A program made the position numbers and the translations under genes. From an uncultured Bacilli bacterium (lineage in GTDB: Bacteria; Bacillota_I; Bacilli_A; RF39; UBA660): 64,000 nt of DNA. Location: positions 1,780 through 65,779 of the forward strand of contig CAKPGL010000002.1 in assembly GCA_934154785.1 (NCBI GenBank). The letters are read 5' to 3'. Below, piece by piece: positions 52,159 through 61,552 of this stretch (position 1 is its first letter; every line of letters starts with the position of its first letter). Under the pieces are notes generated by a model. It was not told where the DNA came from. It saw only the letters and a program-made list of their open reading frames with translations, and ran no database searches.

Positions 52159-53349
52159 ATGAAAATTAGAGTTGGAGTTATTTTTGGTGGCGAAACAGTT
52201 GAGCATGAAGTTAGTATAATATCTGCTGTTCAGGCAATGAACAGCATGAATACAGAAAAGTATGACATAATTCCTATATATATAGCAAAAGACCGTACTT
52301 GGTATACTGGTGGTATGCTTACGGATATTGAAGTATATAAAGATTTTGAAGATTTAAAAAGATATGCTAAACAGGTATGTTTATGTAAACGTGATGGTAG
52401 ATTTTATTTAGTAAATACTAAAGGTATGTTTAGAAAAGACGTAGCTGAACTTGATATAGCATTCCCAATAGTACATGGAAATAATGCTGAAGATGGAACA
52501 TTACAAGGATTACTTGATTCTATAGGTATTCCTTATGTTGGAAGTAGAGTATTAGGTTCGGCTTTAGGACAAGATAAAGTAGTAATGAAACAAGTATTTG
52601 AAGCATTAAATTTACCTTGTGTAAAATATACTTGGTTTTTTGATAATGAATTTGTTGATAATGCTGATAAAATCAAGAAAGATATTAAGAAATTAGGTTA
52701 TCCTGTAATTGTAAAACCTGCCACTCTTGGTAGTAGTGTTGGTATTACTTATGTAAAAAAAGAAGAAGATATTGATGACGCTATTAATGAAGCCATCAAT
52801 TACGATAATAAGGTAGTTGTTGAAAAAGCTGTTGAAAACTTGGTGGAAGTTAATTGTAGTGTTCTTGGTAATTATGAACATCAAGAAGTAAGTGAAATAG
52901 AAGAAGTAATGAGTGCTGAAGAATTTTTGACTTACCGTGATAAATATTTAGGTAATGCTAAAGGCGGTAAATCTAAAGGTATGGCTTCAACTAATCGTGT
53001 AATCCCTGCAAGAATTTCTAAGGAGTTATATAGTGAAGTACAAGAATTATCTAAGCAAACTTTTAGAGCTCTTAATTTGAGTGGTGTATGTAGAATAGAT
53101 TTTTTAATCAATAAAAAGACTAACGAGTTATATATTAATGAACCAAACACTATCCCTGGTTCTTTAGCATTTTATCTTTGGGAACCAGTTGGTAAAAAAT
53201 ATTCAGAACTCTTAGATGAAATGATTAATATTGCTATTAAAACGTATAAAAATCGTGAGAAAAAAGTTTACTCATTTGAAACTAATATATTACAAAACTT
53301 TAATGGCTTAAAAGGTGCTAAAGGTGTGAAAGGAAAATTAGGAAAATAA
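52159..53349 (+). CDS. ddl: D-alanine--D-alanine ligase
   Basis: GGET.EHEVSIISA, GQDK..MK, PVIVKPA.LGSSVGI and INE.NTIPG motifs. ATG 52159 follows AAGGAG. Confidence 0.9.
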   Translation: MKIRVGVIFGGETVEHEVSIISAVQAMNSMNTEKYDIIPIYIAKDRTWYTGGMLTDIEVYKDFEDLKRYAKQVCLCKRDGRFYLVNTKGMFRKDVAELDIAFPIVHGNNAEDGTLQGLLDSIGIPYVGSRVLGSALGQDKVVMKQVFEALNLPCVKYTWFFDNEFVDNADKIKKDIKKLGYPVIVKPATLGSSVGITYVKKEEDIDDAINEAINYDNKVVVEKAVENLVEVNCSVLGNYEHQEVSEIEEVMSAEEFLTYRDKYLGNAKGGKSKGMASTNRVIPARISKELYSEVQELSKQTFRALNLSGVCRIDFLINKKTNELYINEPNTIPGSLAFYLWEPVGKKYSELLDEMINIAIKTYKNREKKVYSFETNILQNFNGLKGAKGVKGKLGK

Positions 53350-53411
53350 TCCTAATTTTTTTATTGCTTAACAATTTGTTTCATAATATAATAAAGTTAG
53401 AGGTTTTTTAT

Positions 53412-53678
53412 ATGGAAATAGAAAATATAGTATTTATAGATAATTTACCTAAACTTGATTTGCATGGCTTTGATAGGGAGACAGCACGGGTAGCGGTATG
53501 TGATTTTATAAGAGATAATATTAAAATGAAAAATGAGTTTGTAAACATAGTACACGGTATTGGTAGTGGTGTTGTTAAAGCTACGGTTCATGATGAATTA
53601 AGAAAAAATAAAAATGTTATAAATTTTAAAACATATTATTATAATCAAGGCTGTACAATAGTGAAAGTTAAGATTTGA
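53412..53678 (+). CDS. Smr-domain protein (88 aa)
   Basis: LDLHG...ARV and HG.GSGV.K motifs. ATG 53412 follows AGAGG. Confidence 0.7.
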   Translation: MEIENIVFIDNLPKLDLHGFDRETARVAVCDFIRDNIKMKNEFVNIVHGIGSGVVKATVHDELRKNKNVINFKTYYYNQGCTIVKVKI

Positions 53679-53812
53679 CAAATATAAAAAAAGTGATATA
53701 ATAATTCCCAACAACGGGGGTTAGGACACAAAATAGTAATATTATTGTTGTATAATTTGACAATAATAATTAATTATGTTAGTATATAGCCGTACGAAAA
53801 GGGGGATATAGT

Positions 53813-55522
53813 ATGTACGAAGAAAATAAGACAGGTTCAGTTTTAAAAGATATCTTATTACAGGTTATTTTAGTAGTTATTTTTGTATTTTTATTGTTAT
53901 GGTTATTTCCTACTAAATGGGATGTTAACAAGCAATTAAAGGATGGATTTGATCCATTATATCAACAATTATTTACTGATCATATAACAACTATGCAAGA
54001 ATCTGCTCAAAGTTATTATACAAAAGAACGTTTACCTAAAAAAGTAGGCGATAAAGTATCAATGACTTTAGGAGAAATGTTAGATAAAAAGTTGTTAACT
54101 TCATTTGTTGATAGTAACAATAAACAATGTAGTTTAACTGGTTCATATGTTGAAATAACTAAAATGGATAAAGAATATATGATGAAGGTTAATTTGAATT
54201 GTAGTGATAAAAGTGATTACATTATTACTTATTTAGGATGCTATAATTATTGTGAAGATGCTTTGTGTGAAAAGAAAGACGATAATAAGCAAACAAGTAA
54301 TAATAATAGTGGCAAAAAAGATGATAATAAACCTACACCAGTTGTAAAAAAATATGAATATGAATATGAACTTATTACAAATGGTAAATATGGAGATTGG
54401 TCTAACTGGTCAAAATGGTCTACTAATAAAGTAAGTCAAACAGACTATCGTCAAGTTGATACTAAGAGAGTAAGAGAAGTAATCGGTACTGTTTCTACTG
54501 GTAAAACAACTAGATATGTTGCAGCAGAAAAAGATACCTCAACAAAGACTTATGATACAAAGAAAACATTAAAATGCCCAACAGGATATTCACGTTATAG
54601 TAATGGTAAACTTTGTGTTGCTAATCCAAAATCAGGTACAACAACTACAACAAGAAATGTTGTAAAACAAGTTCCTGTTCAAACACAAACTGATGCTATT
54701 GCAACAATTGTAAAGGTTTGTCCAGATGGTCGTATTACAACTAATGATTGGTGTTTTGCAACCGTAACTACAAATGATGTTAAACCTGCTTCAGCTGGTA
54801 ACCCAGTGTATAGTGCTTGGACATATTCAGACACAAAACAATTTACTACAAAACCAGTTGATACTGATACAAAAAGATATGAATATGTTTCAACCAAAAC
54901 AGTTTTAGCTTGTAGAGGATGTAAAACAGAAAAACGTTATACTTATAAAGTTTATACTAGAACTGCTACAACAATTTATAATTGTAATAATTATCCAGGA
55001 TATACATTATCAGGTTCAAAATGTGTAAAAGCAACTTCAAGTCTAACATCTGTGCATGGAACATGGCATGAAGAAACTAGATATTCTTGTGCAGATGGTT
55101 CAACACCAGTAAATGGTAAATGTACTACAACAACTTATGTTGATCAAGTGGTACAAGAAACAGTTACATCTGATAAAAATAAATGTGATGGCAATGCTTA
55201 TGATGCAACTACTGGATTATGTTACACTAGGGGAGAATATGTTTATAGTTGCCCATCTGGTGTAAATGGAACAATTAAAAATGGTAAATGCGTTGTAGAA
55301 ACTGTAAAATATACTTGTGATGAAGGAAAATTAGTTGGAAGTAGATGTAAGATTACAGAAGAAAATTATGAAAAACAGTATGGTTATGTAACTTACTACA
55401 GATATAAAACAAGAAGTTATATATCTGGTAGCATAAAAACTGCTTGGAGTTCATCAAATAGTGACAAAAATTTATTAAATAAAGGTTATACTTTAACTGG
55501 AAATAAAAGAGCAGTAAATTAA
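53813..55522 (+). CDS. membrane-anchored, Thr-rich extracellular protein with pilin-head-like N-domain and about 7 C-x(8-12)-C hairpin motifs
   Basis: N-terminal TM anchor (no G|FTLIE site). TLGEMLDKKLL..FVD.NNKQC...SYVEI.K....Y..KVNL.C resembles pseudopilin globular heads. Later motifs include CPTGYSRYSNGKLC, CPDGRITTNDWC, CNNYPGYTLSGSKC, CADGSTPVNGKC, CDGNAYDATTGLC, CPSGVNGTIKNGKC and CDEGKLVGSRC. Confidence 0.7.
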   Translation: MYEENKTGSVLKDILLQVILVVIFVFLLLWLFPTKWDVNKQLKDGFDPLYQQLFTDHITTMQESAQSYYTKERLPKKVGDKVSMTLGEMLDKKLLTSFVDSNNKQCSLTGSYVEITKMDKEYMMKVNLNCSDKSDYIITYLGCYNYCEDALCEKKDDNKQTSNNNSGKKDDNKPTPVVKKYEYEYELITNGKYGDWSNWSKWSTNKVSQTDYRQVDTKRVREVIGTVSTGKTTRYVAAEKDTSTKTYDTKKTLKCPTGYSRYSNGKLCVANPKSGTTTTTRNVVKQVPVQTQTDAIATIVKVCPDGRITTNDWCFATVTTNDVKPASAGNPVYSAWTYSDTKQFTTKPVDTDTKRYEYVSTKTVLACRGCKTEKRYTYKVYTRTATTIYNCNNYPGYTLSGSKCVKATSSLTSVHGTWHEETRYSCADGSTPVNGKCTTTTYVDQVVQETVTSDKNKCDGNAYDATTGLCYTRGEYVYSCPSGVNGTIKNGKCVVETVKYTCDEGKLVGSRCKITEENYEKQYGYVTYYRYKTRSYISGSIKTAWSSSNSDKNLLNKGYTLTGNKRAVN

Positions 55523-55528
55523 TCAATC

Positions 55529-55556
55529 AAAGAAGTGCTGAGAAGCACTTCTTTAT
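55529..55556 (+). terminator. intrinsic terminator
   Basis: AAAGAAGTGCT (55529-55539) pairs with AGCACTTCTTT (55544-55554). Confidence 0.65.
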
Positions 55557-55673
55557 TGCCCTAAAAATAAATTTAATTTATAAAAAGAGAGTTGTAACTA
55601 ATTGACAAAGCTATGTCATTTGTGATATCCTAGATTAGGATAGGTGAGAGTCGCTTATAGATAGGAGGATAAT

Positions 55674-56093
55674 ATGAAGGATGCATACATCTTTGATTAC
55701 GTTAATGAAAATGAATTTAAAAAACTTGAGCGTTCATTAAAAAAATATAATATGTTAGCATATAAAAAGCTATATTTTGAATATTATCCAGCACTAAAAG
55801 AAGGAAGATTTTTAGGGGAGAAAGTTGCTACAAATCAAGATAATGGAACAGAAACTTATGAACTTAAATTACCAACAGACGCAATGTTTTCTAAAGTTCA
55901 TGGTGATATTAAATTACATTATCATGTATATCAAAAAGAATTAACAGTAATGTTAGATACTATTAGCCCTGAAGATATATTAAGTGAAGGACATCAGTCA
56001 GAATTAGTAACTTATAAAGGTGTAATGATTTCAAAACAACATTCTGAAAAAGATTTATTTAAAATAAACTTATTAAATATGATTCAAAAGTAG
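55674..56093 (+). CDS. hypothetical protein (139 aa); C-terminal half has a weak RelE/ParE/Gp49-like pattern
   Basis: RBS AGGAGGA. The pattern ...TYELKLP......G.IKLHY.VY...LTVMLD.I.P recalls the toxin-fold beta strands. This is a low-confidence impression only. Confidence 0.5.
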   Translation: MKDAYIFDYVNENEFKKLERSLKKYNMLAYKKLYFEYYPALKEGRFLGEKVATNQDNGTETYELKLPTDAMFSKVHGDIKLHYHVYQKELTVMLDTISPEDILSEGHQSELVTYKGVMISKQHSEKDLFKINLLNMIQK

Positions 56094-56100
56094 CGTTATG

Positions 56101-56718
56101 CTACTTTTTGTATTGTCTAAATTCTTGTAAATCAATTTGTTTAAATAATTTATTTATGTATTCTTTATTTATCTGAAATACTAAATTTTTGTTTCGATAG
56201 AGTCCAATTTCATTACCACTTTTTTCAATACGAGCAATAAGACTAACTTTAACAATATCTTCTTTTAGTAATTCAATAAATTTTTCAAATGGTTTAAGTT
56301 CATATATTGCCATTTTATAATAATGAAAATATTTAGAATTTTCATCTTTTTTATTTTCAGCATAGACTAATGCTAACAGATTAAGTTTTAATAGCAGATG
56401 CAGTTTTATTGAATCTAAATAAACAAATGATTCACTTTCTACAATATTGTTATTTGAATCATAAATATTGAGATACAATTTTTCTTCTCCTGTGTTAATG
56501 TGTAATTTAAATTTAACACCACTTTTGATAGTTGTTTTGTATTTATAACTAAGGTTTGTTGCTAAAACTTTATATTCGGGGTAGTCTTTGTCACTGTAAC
56601 CATGTTCGTTTTCAAATGTTAATCCAATACCACCAAAACTTTTGCTAATACTTCTTATCCATCCTTTACCCTCTATTTCTTGAAATTTTTTAATTAATAA
56701 TCTTATATTTTCATTCAT
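56101..56718 (-). CDS. MvaI/BcnI-family restriction endonuclease-like protein (orphan)
   Basis: KFQEIEGKGWI...GGIGLTFE, DYPEYK (D-x2-E-x-K) and LALVYAE....YFHYYK.AIYEL resemble my recollection of BcnI. ATG 56718 follows AAGGAGAA; the track start is 56754. No methyltransferase gene is adjacent. Confidence 0.45.
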   Translation of the reverse strand: MNENIRLLIKKFQEIEGKGWIRSISKSFGGIGLTFENEHGYSDKDYPEYKVLATNLSYKYKTTIKSGVKFKLHINTGEEKLYLNIYDSNNNIVESESFVYLDSIKLHLLLKLNLLALVYAENKKDENSKYFHYYKMAIYELKPFEKFIELLKEDIVKVSLIARIEKSGNEIGLYRNKNLVFQINKEYINKLFKQIDLQEFRQYKK

Positions 56719-56851
56719 AATTTTCTCCTTCCTTGAAAAATTATACATATTCATATCTTTAGTTGCAAATAACCAATTTTTAATAATGTTAACATTTGTG
56801 TTTATAATTTTAATATTTATGTTAAGGAATTTTTAAAGATGTAAAACATCA

Positions 56852-56910
56852 GGACCTTTAAATTTGGTAAAAAATAATTTTTTTATAACCGGGCGGTCGA
56901 GTGTCGGTCC
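56852..56910 (+). pseudogene. degenerate tRNA(CAU)-like relic in inverted orientation relative to the functional tRNA genes
   Basis: GGACCTTTA... at 56852 versus the tRNA 5' end GGACCCTTA. An exact 16-mer ATAACCGGGCGGTCGA (56885-56900) equals the anticodon-loop-to-T-stem segment of the tRNA at 57071-57086 (opposite strand). The D arm and anticodon 5' half are replaced by A/T. Confidence 0.45.
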
Positions 56911-56916
56911 TTTAAG

Positions 56917-56945
56917 CAAAAAAAAACAGACAACGTCTGTTTTTA
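56917..56945. terminator. bidirectional terminator (ends the minus-strand tRNA operon)
   Basis: A-run, then ACAGAC (56926-56931) paired with GTCTGT (56935-56940), then T-run. Confidence 0.6.
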
Positions 56946-56953
56946 ATGCTTAT

Positions 56954-57039
56954 TGGTGCAGGTGAAGGGACTTGAACCCCCATGCCGTAAGGCGCTAGAT
57001 CCTAAGTCTAGTGCGTCTGCCAATTTCGCCACACCTGCA
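56954..57039 (-). tRNA. tRNA-Leu (anticodon UAG), CCA encoded
   Basis: The reverse complement folds as a cloverleaf: acceptor TGCAGGT/ACCTGCA, anticodon stem CTAGA/TCTAG with loop CTTAGGA, long variable arm, TTCAAGT T-loop. Confidence 0.9.
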
Positions 57040-57044
57040 TCAAG

Positions 57045-57121
57045 TGGTGGACCCTGAAGGACTCGAACCTTCGACCGCCCGGTTATGAGCCGGATGCTCT
57101 AACCAACTGAGCTAAGGGTCC
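57045..57121 (-). tRNA. tRNA with CAU anticodon (elongator Met or lysidine-modified Ile2), CCA encoded
   Basis: Acceptor GGACCCT/AGGGTCC, D-loop AGCTCAGTTGGTTAGAGC, anticodon loop CTCATAA, T-arm GAAGG-TTCGAGT-CCTTC. The G1-C72 pair excludes an initiator. The overall sequence recalls Bacillus tRNA-Ile2. Confidence 0.85.
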
Positions 57122-57308
57122 AGAATCATCACTTGCTTCTATATAATAACATAATAACCGGGCGTTGGCAAGATGTTTTCTTAAATTTGACAAAAAAATT
57201 TTTTTATGATAGTATAACAAGCATCAAGCAGAAGCGAATATACATTAATTTGACAAAATATAAATATTATAGTAGTATATAAGCGATTCTTGAAAAGGGG
57301 GAATTAAA

Positions 57309-58370
57309 ATGAAAGACAATGCTAGAATTATTAATGTTAGTACAATTATGAAAGATGGACAATTATATTTACAATACACTATTGAGAATAATGGAGATAT
57401 AAAGGAATTTGAACGTCCTTATTATGACCAAAATGGTAATATTGATCCAGAAGTTGCAAACATTTTAGAAATTGCTAAAAAAATTGATTCAAGAGAACGA
57501 GAAACTGAAAAACCAGTAAGAGACTTAGTTGTTTATACTGAACCAAGTTCTAAATTTAAAATTTCTAGAAACACACTTGGTACAATTGCTGCAGGTCTGG
57601 CTGGTGTATTGATTGGTGTTGGAATTATGGCAGCTACTCGTGGTTGTAGCAAGCAACAAAATTCTGTAAACCAAGATGTTCCTACTAACGACGATACAGT
57701 TATAGAACAAAATGATGATGAAATGAAAATTTCATATATGACTGAAGAAGAATTTACTAGTGGTGTCAAAGCGTTAACAGATTATGTAAATGAGACACTT
57801 GGTTTTGATTACAAACCAGTTGATTTAACTTCTTTATATTTCTCTGCTAATATGTCTCATATTTCTAACGATTTATTTAAAAAATTAGTTACTGAATGCT
57901 ACCTTCCAGATACAGATATGGATATTGCACTTAATACATTATCTGCACTTGATTCTTTACAATCAACAATAGGTGTTGAAGGAACAAGTAAAGATAGAAT
58001 AGACTTTGATTTTAGTAAATTATTTGTTGATAAGACTGCTGTAGAAGTTAACGAATATTACAAAACTAAATATAATTCTGTAAAAAGTGCTTCTAAAGAA
58101 ACAACACAAGAAATAGTTAAAGAATTAGAATCATATATGTTTATGGATTCAACTAAAGGATATAATAATTTAGCAGCTGGAGAAAGATTAGCGTTCAATA
58201 ATTATGTAGCGGATGCTATAGCGATAGCGGCTAATGCTAAAGGTGTTTCAATGTCTTCTGCATTTGATACTACAATTAATGAGACAACAGTTACAGATTA
58301 CATAAACAGTTTAACAGATAAGATGAATTGTTTAGCTGTAACAGAAGCAGAAAAAGTTTTAACAAAGTAA
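57309..58370 (+). CDS. hypothetical single-pass membrane protein (353 aa)
   Basis: RBS AAGGGGGA. One central TM helix (LGTIAAGLAGVLIGVGIMAAT). No recognised domain. Confidence 0.6.
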   Translation: MKDNARIINVSTIMKDGQLYLQYTIENNGDIKEFERPYYDQNGNIDPEVANILEIAKKIDSRERETEKPVRDLVVYTEPSSKFKISRNTLGTIAAGLAGVLIGVGIMAATRGCSKQQNSVNQDVPTNDDTVIEQNDDEMKISYMTEEEFTSGVKALTDYVNETLGFDYKPVDLTSLYFSANMSHISNDLFKKLVTECYLPDTDMDIALNTLSALDSLQSTIGVEGTSKDRIDFDFSKLFVDKTAVEVNEYYKTKYNSVKSASKETTQEIVKELESYMFMDSTKGYNNLAAGERLAFNNYVADAIAIAANAKGVSMSSAFDTTINETTVTDYINSLTDKMNCLAVTEAEKVLTK

Positions 58371-58439
58371 TTAAAGATAGGCCTCGGTCTATTTTTTTTA
58401 CTTAAAATGTTTTTCTGCATATACTATAACGGTGATAAA

Positions 58440-59402
58440 ATGAATAATTTGATTGGGAATACACCGATGATAAAAGTAAAATATAAATATAATGACAATA
58501 TAAACTATATTTATGTAAAGCTTGAACAGTATAACTTAACTGGAAGTATTAAAGACCGAATAGCTTTATATATAATAAAACACGCAACGGAGAATGGCGT
58601 ACTAAAAGAAAATATGCCTATTGTTGAAGCTACCAGTGGAAATACCGGTATATCCTTTGCCACTTTAGGAGCTAAATATAATCATCCTGTTTATATATTT
58701 ATGCCCAATTGGGCTAGTAAAGAACGAGTTAATTTAATGAAACTATATGGAGCAAAAGTTATTTTAGTTAGCAAAGAAGAGGGTGGTTTTAAAAAATGTA
58801 TTGAATTGGCAGATAAATTAGCGTCAGAAATAAATGGTTTTAGACCAAATCAATTTAGTAATACTTTAAATATAAAATGCCATTTTGAGACTACTGGAAC
58901 TGAAATAATAAAACAACTAACAAATATTAATCTAGGTGGTTTTGTAAGTGGTATTGGTACTGGCGGTACATTAATGGGTATTAGTCGTAAATTAAGAGAA
59001 TACTATCCTAATATGATTAATTGTGCTGTAGAACCAATGCAAATGCCACTTCTTACTAATGGGAAAATAAAAGAAAGCCATAAAATAGAGGGGATAGGAG
59101 ACGATTTTATACCAGAATTAGTAAATACTGACGAAATAGATTGTGTATTTGATATAGATGATAATGACGCAATTAATATGTCTCGTTTACTTAGCAAAAA
59201 ACTTGGTTTAGGTGTTGGTATATCTAGTGGTGCTAATTTTCTGGGAAGTGTTTTATTACAGGATAAAATAAAAAAACCATTAGTAACAATATTTCCTGAT
59301 GACAACAAAAAATACCTCAGCACAGACTTAATAAATGAAATAGATAATAATAGTAATTTTTTATCCAATAAAATAGAATTATTAGAATACTCATTGATTT
59401 AA
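58440..59402 (+). CDS. cysK: cysteine synthase / O-acetylserine sulfhydrylase family PLP enzyme
   Basis: IGNTPMIK, PLP lysine in TGSIKDR, SGNTGIS and GTGGT loop. ATG 58440 follows GGTGA. Confidence 0.8.
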   Translation: MNNLIGNTPMIKVKYKYNDNINYIYVKLEQYNLTGSIKDRIALYIIKHATENGVLKENMPIVEATSGNTGISFATLGAKYNHPVYIFMPNWASKERVNLMKLYGAKVILVSKEEGGFKKCIELADKLASEINGFRPNQFSNTLNIKCHFETTGTEIIKQLTNINLGGFVSGIGTGGTLMGISRKLREYYPNMINCAVEPMQMPLLTNGKIKESHKIEGIGDDFIPELVNTDEIDCVFDIDDNDAINMSRLLSKKLGLGVGISSGANFLGSVLLQDKIKKPLVTIFPDDNKKYLSTDLINEIDNNSNFLSNKIELLEYSLI

Positions 59403-59444
59403 TCAAACATGAAATGTTATAATAATACATATGGAAGGTGACTT

Positions 59445-60839
59445 ATGAAAATATATAATACATTAACACGTAAAGTAGAAGAATTTGTTCCTAATGATCC
59501 AAAAGAGGTAAAAATGTATACCTGTGGTCCTACGGTTTACCATTTTGCTCACATAGGAAATCTTCGCACTTATATATTTGAAGATATATTAGAAAAAACT
59601 TTAGAGTTCATAGGATATAATGTTAACAGGGTTATGAATATAACTGATGTTGGTCATTTAGCGAGTGATTCTGATTCTGGTGAAGATAAAATGTTAAAGG
59701 GTGCTAAAAGAGAACATAAAACAGTTTTAGAAATAGCGGATTTTTATACTAATGAATTTAGAAAGGACACAGCTAAGTTAAACATATCTTGGCCTAAAAC
59801 AGTTTCTAAAGCAACAGATAATATAGATGAATATATTAAAATAATAACTAAACTTTTAGAAACAGGATATGCTTATCAAGCTGGAGGCAACATTTATTTT
59901 GATACCGCTAAATTAACAGATTATTATAAACTTACTGGTCATAAAGAAGATGAAATGGTAGTAGGTGTTCGAGATAGTGTTGAGTACGACGACAGTAAAA
60001 AAAGTCAAAATGATTTCGTTTTATGGTTTACTAAATCAAAATTTGAAGATCAAGAATTGAAATGGGATTCTCCTTGGGGATTTGGCTATCCAGGATGGCA
60101 TATTGAATGTTCCGGAATAAGTATGAAATACTTAGGTGAATACTTAGATATTCATTGTGGTGGCGTAGACAATATATTTCCACATCATACTAATGAAATA
60201 GCACAATCTGAAAGTTATCTTGGACATAAATGGTGCAATTATTGGGTTCACGGCGAACACTTAAATGATATAAATGGTAAAATGAGTAAATCCAAAGGTG
60301 AATTTTTAACAGTAAGTCTTCTTGAAGAAAAAGGATATAATCCAATTGTATATCGCTTTATGTGTTTACAGTCACATTACCGTAAAGTACTAATGTTTAG
60401 CTTTGATGCTTTAGATAATGCTAGCGTTGCTTATCAGAAATTAAAAAATAAGGTTTTATCTTTAAAACAAGAAGGAACTTTAGATAAAGACGCTGCTCAA
60501 ATATATTTAAATAATTTTAAAGAAGCTTTAGAAAACGATTTAAATACATCTTTGGCAATAACTACTTTGTATGATACATTAAAATCTGATTTATCAGATA
60601 TTTCTAAACTATATGTAATAAAAGAAATGGATAAGGTATTATCATTAGATTTGTTAAGTGATAAAACTAATGCTATTGATATTGTTTTAGAACAATATAT
60701 TAAGGAACAAATTGAAAAACGAAATATCGCTAAGAAAGAGAAAAACTTTGCCTTAGCAGATTCTATTCGTGACGAATTAAAAGAAAAAGGAATTATTATA
60801 AAAGATACTCGTGAGGGTACAATTTATGAAATAATGTAG
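59445..60839 (+). CDS. cysS: cysteine--tRNA ligase
   Basis: CGPTVY...HIGN (HIGH), WPGWHIEC-like GYPGWHIEC and KMSKS motifs. Confidence 0.95.
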   Translation: MKIYNTLTRKVEEFVPNDPKEVKMYTCGPTVYHFAHIGNLRTYIFEDILEKTLEFIGYNVNRVMNITDVGHLASDSDSGEDKMLKGAKREHKTVLEIADFYTNEFRKDTAKLNISWPKTVSKATDNIDEYIKIITKLLETGYAYQAGGNIYFDTAKLTDYYKLTGHKEDEMVVGVRDSVEYDDSKKSQNDFVLWFTKSKFEDQELKWDSPWGFGYPGWHIECSGISMKYLGEYLDIHCGGVDNIFPHHTNEIAQSESYLGHKWCNYWVHGEHLNDINGKMSKSKGEFLTVSLLEEKGYNPIVYRFMCLQSHYRKVLMFSFDALDNASVAYQKLKNKVLSLKQEGTLDKDAAQIYLNNFKEALENDLNTSLAITTLYDTLKSDLSDISKLYVIKEMDKVLSLDLLSDKTNAIDIVLEQYIKEQIEKRNIAKKEKNFALADSIRDELKEKGIIIKDTREGTIYEIM

Positions 60840-60851
60840 GAGGAATAAATA

Positions 60852-61547
60852 ATGATTTGGGGTTATGAATCTGCACTAACTATTATATTAGCAGTAATTG
60901 CATTTTTAGTAACAGTAGGTGCACAAATAAATATTAATTTTACTTATGATAAATATAGAAAAGTTAGAAATAAGAAAGGTTATACTGGTCAAGAAGTGGC
61001 AAGAAAAATCTTGGACGCAAATGGATTAAAAGATATTTATGTTGTAGAAGTAAAAGGAAAATTAACTGACCATTATGATCCAACTCGTAAGGTAGTGCGT
61101 TTGTCATCTGACATTTTTAATGGCGACAGCATTGCTTCAGCCTCTGTAGCTGCTCATGAATGTGGCCATGCAATTCAAGATGATACAGGTTATAAATTTA
61201 TGAAAATAAGATCATTTTTAGTACCAGTGGTTAATTTTATTTCTTATTTAGGTTATTTTTCATTAATTATCTCTATTATTGCGGGTGCAACAGGATATAT
61301 AAAACTTTGCTTACTTATATTAGTAGCAACATTAGTATTCCAATTAGTTACATTACCTGTCGAATTTGATGCTTCAAAAAGAGCAGGAGTTCAGCTAGCA
61401 AAGTTAAATTTACTTGATAATAATGAATTACCTCAGTCAAAAAAAGTATTAACATCTGCCGCTCTTACTTATGTAGCAGCACTAGCTTCAACAGTCATAG
61501 ATATACTTCGCTTATTAGTGATGTTAGCGGAACACGACGATCGTTAA
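60852..61547 (+). CDS. YugP-type putative neutral zinc metallopeptidase (membrane)
   Basis: HYDP..K...LS and AAHECGHA.QD motifs. C-terminal TM helices. Confidence 0.8.
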   Translation: MIWGYESALTIILAVIAFLVTVGAQININFTYDKYRKVRNKKGYTGQEVARKILDANGLKDIYVVEVKGKLTDHYDPTRKVVRLSSDIFNGDSIASASVAAHECGHAIQDDTGYKFMKIRSFLVPVVNFISYLGYFSLIISIIAGATGYIKLCLLILVATLVFQLVTLPVEFDASKRAGVQLAKLNLLDNNELPQSKKVLTSAALTYVAALASTVIDILRLLVMLAEHDDR

Positions 61548-61552
61548 TTCTA

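Noticed and set aside
55627-55641. Palindrome ATCCTA-GAT-TAGGAT just downstream of a putative promoter (TTGACA 55601-55606) for the gene at 55674. I considered it as a possible operator.
   Set aside because: It has only 6-bp arms. The -10 element is poor (GATATC context) and there is no cognate regulator nearby. The evidence is too weak to call.
59003-59368. 121-aa minus-strand ORF inside cysK.
   Set aside because: It is antisense to a gene with clear PLP-enzyme motifs, and its sequence is low-complexity S/L/I-rich. I treat it as a shadow ORF. The same reasoning applies to the other antisense ORFs in the track: 6194-6400, 6666-6881, 11722-11907, 11982-12203, 14943-15149, 22246-22461, 25584-25805, 26023-26214, 26271-26504, 27962-28216, 33499-33702, 35918-36100, 37405-37602, 38638-38835, 39564-39746, 42413-42625, 46011-46217, 49189-49464, 50181-50375, 52693-52884, 52932-53150, 54679-54897, 57525-57710 and 57533-57769.
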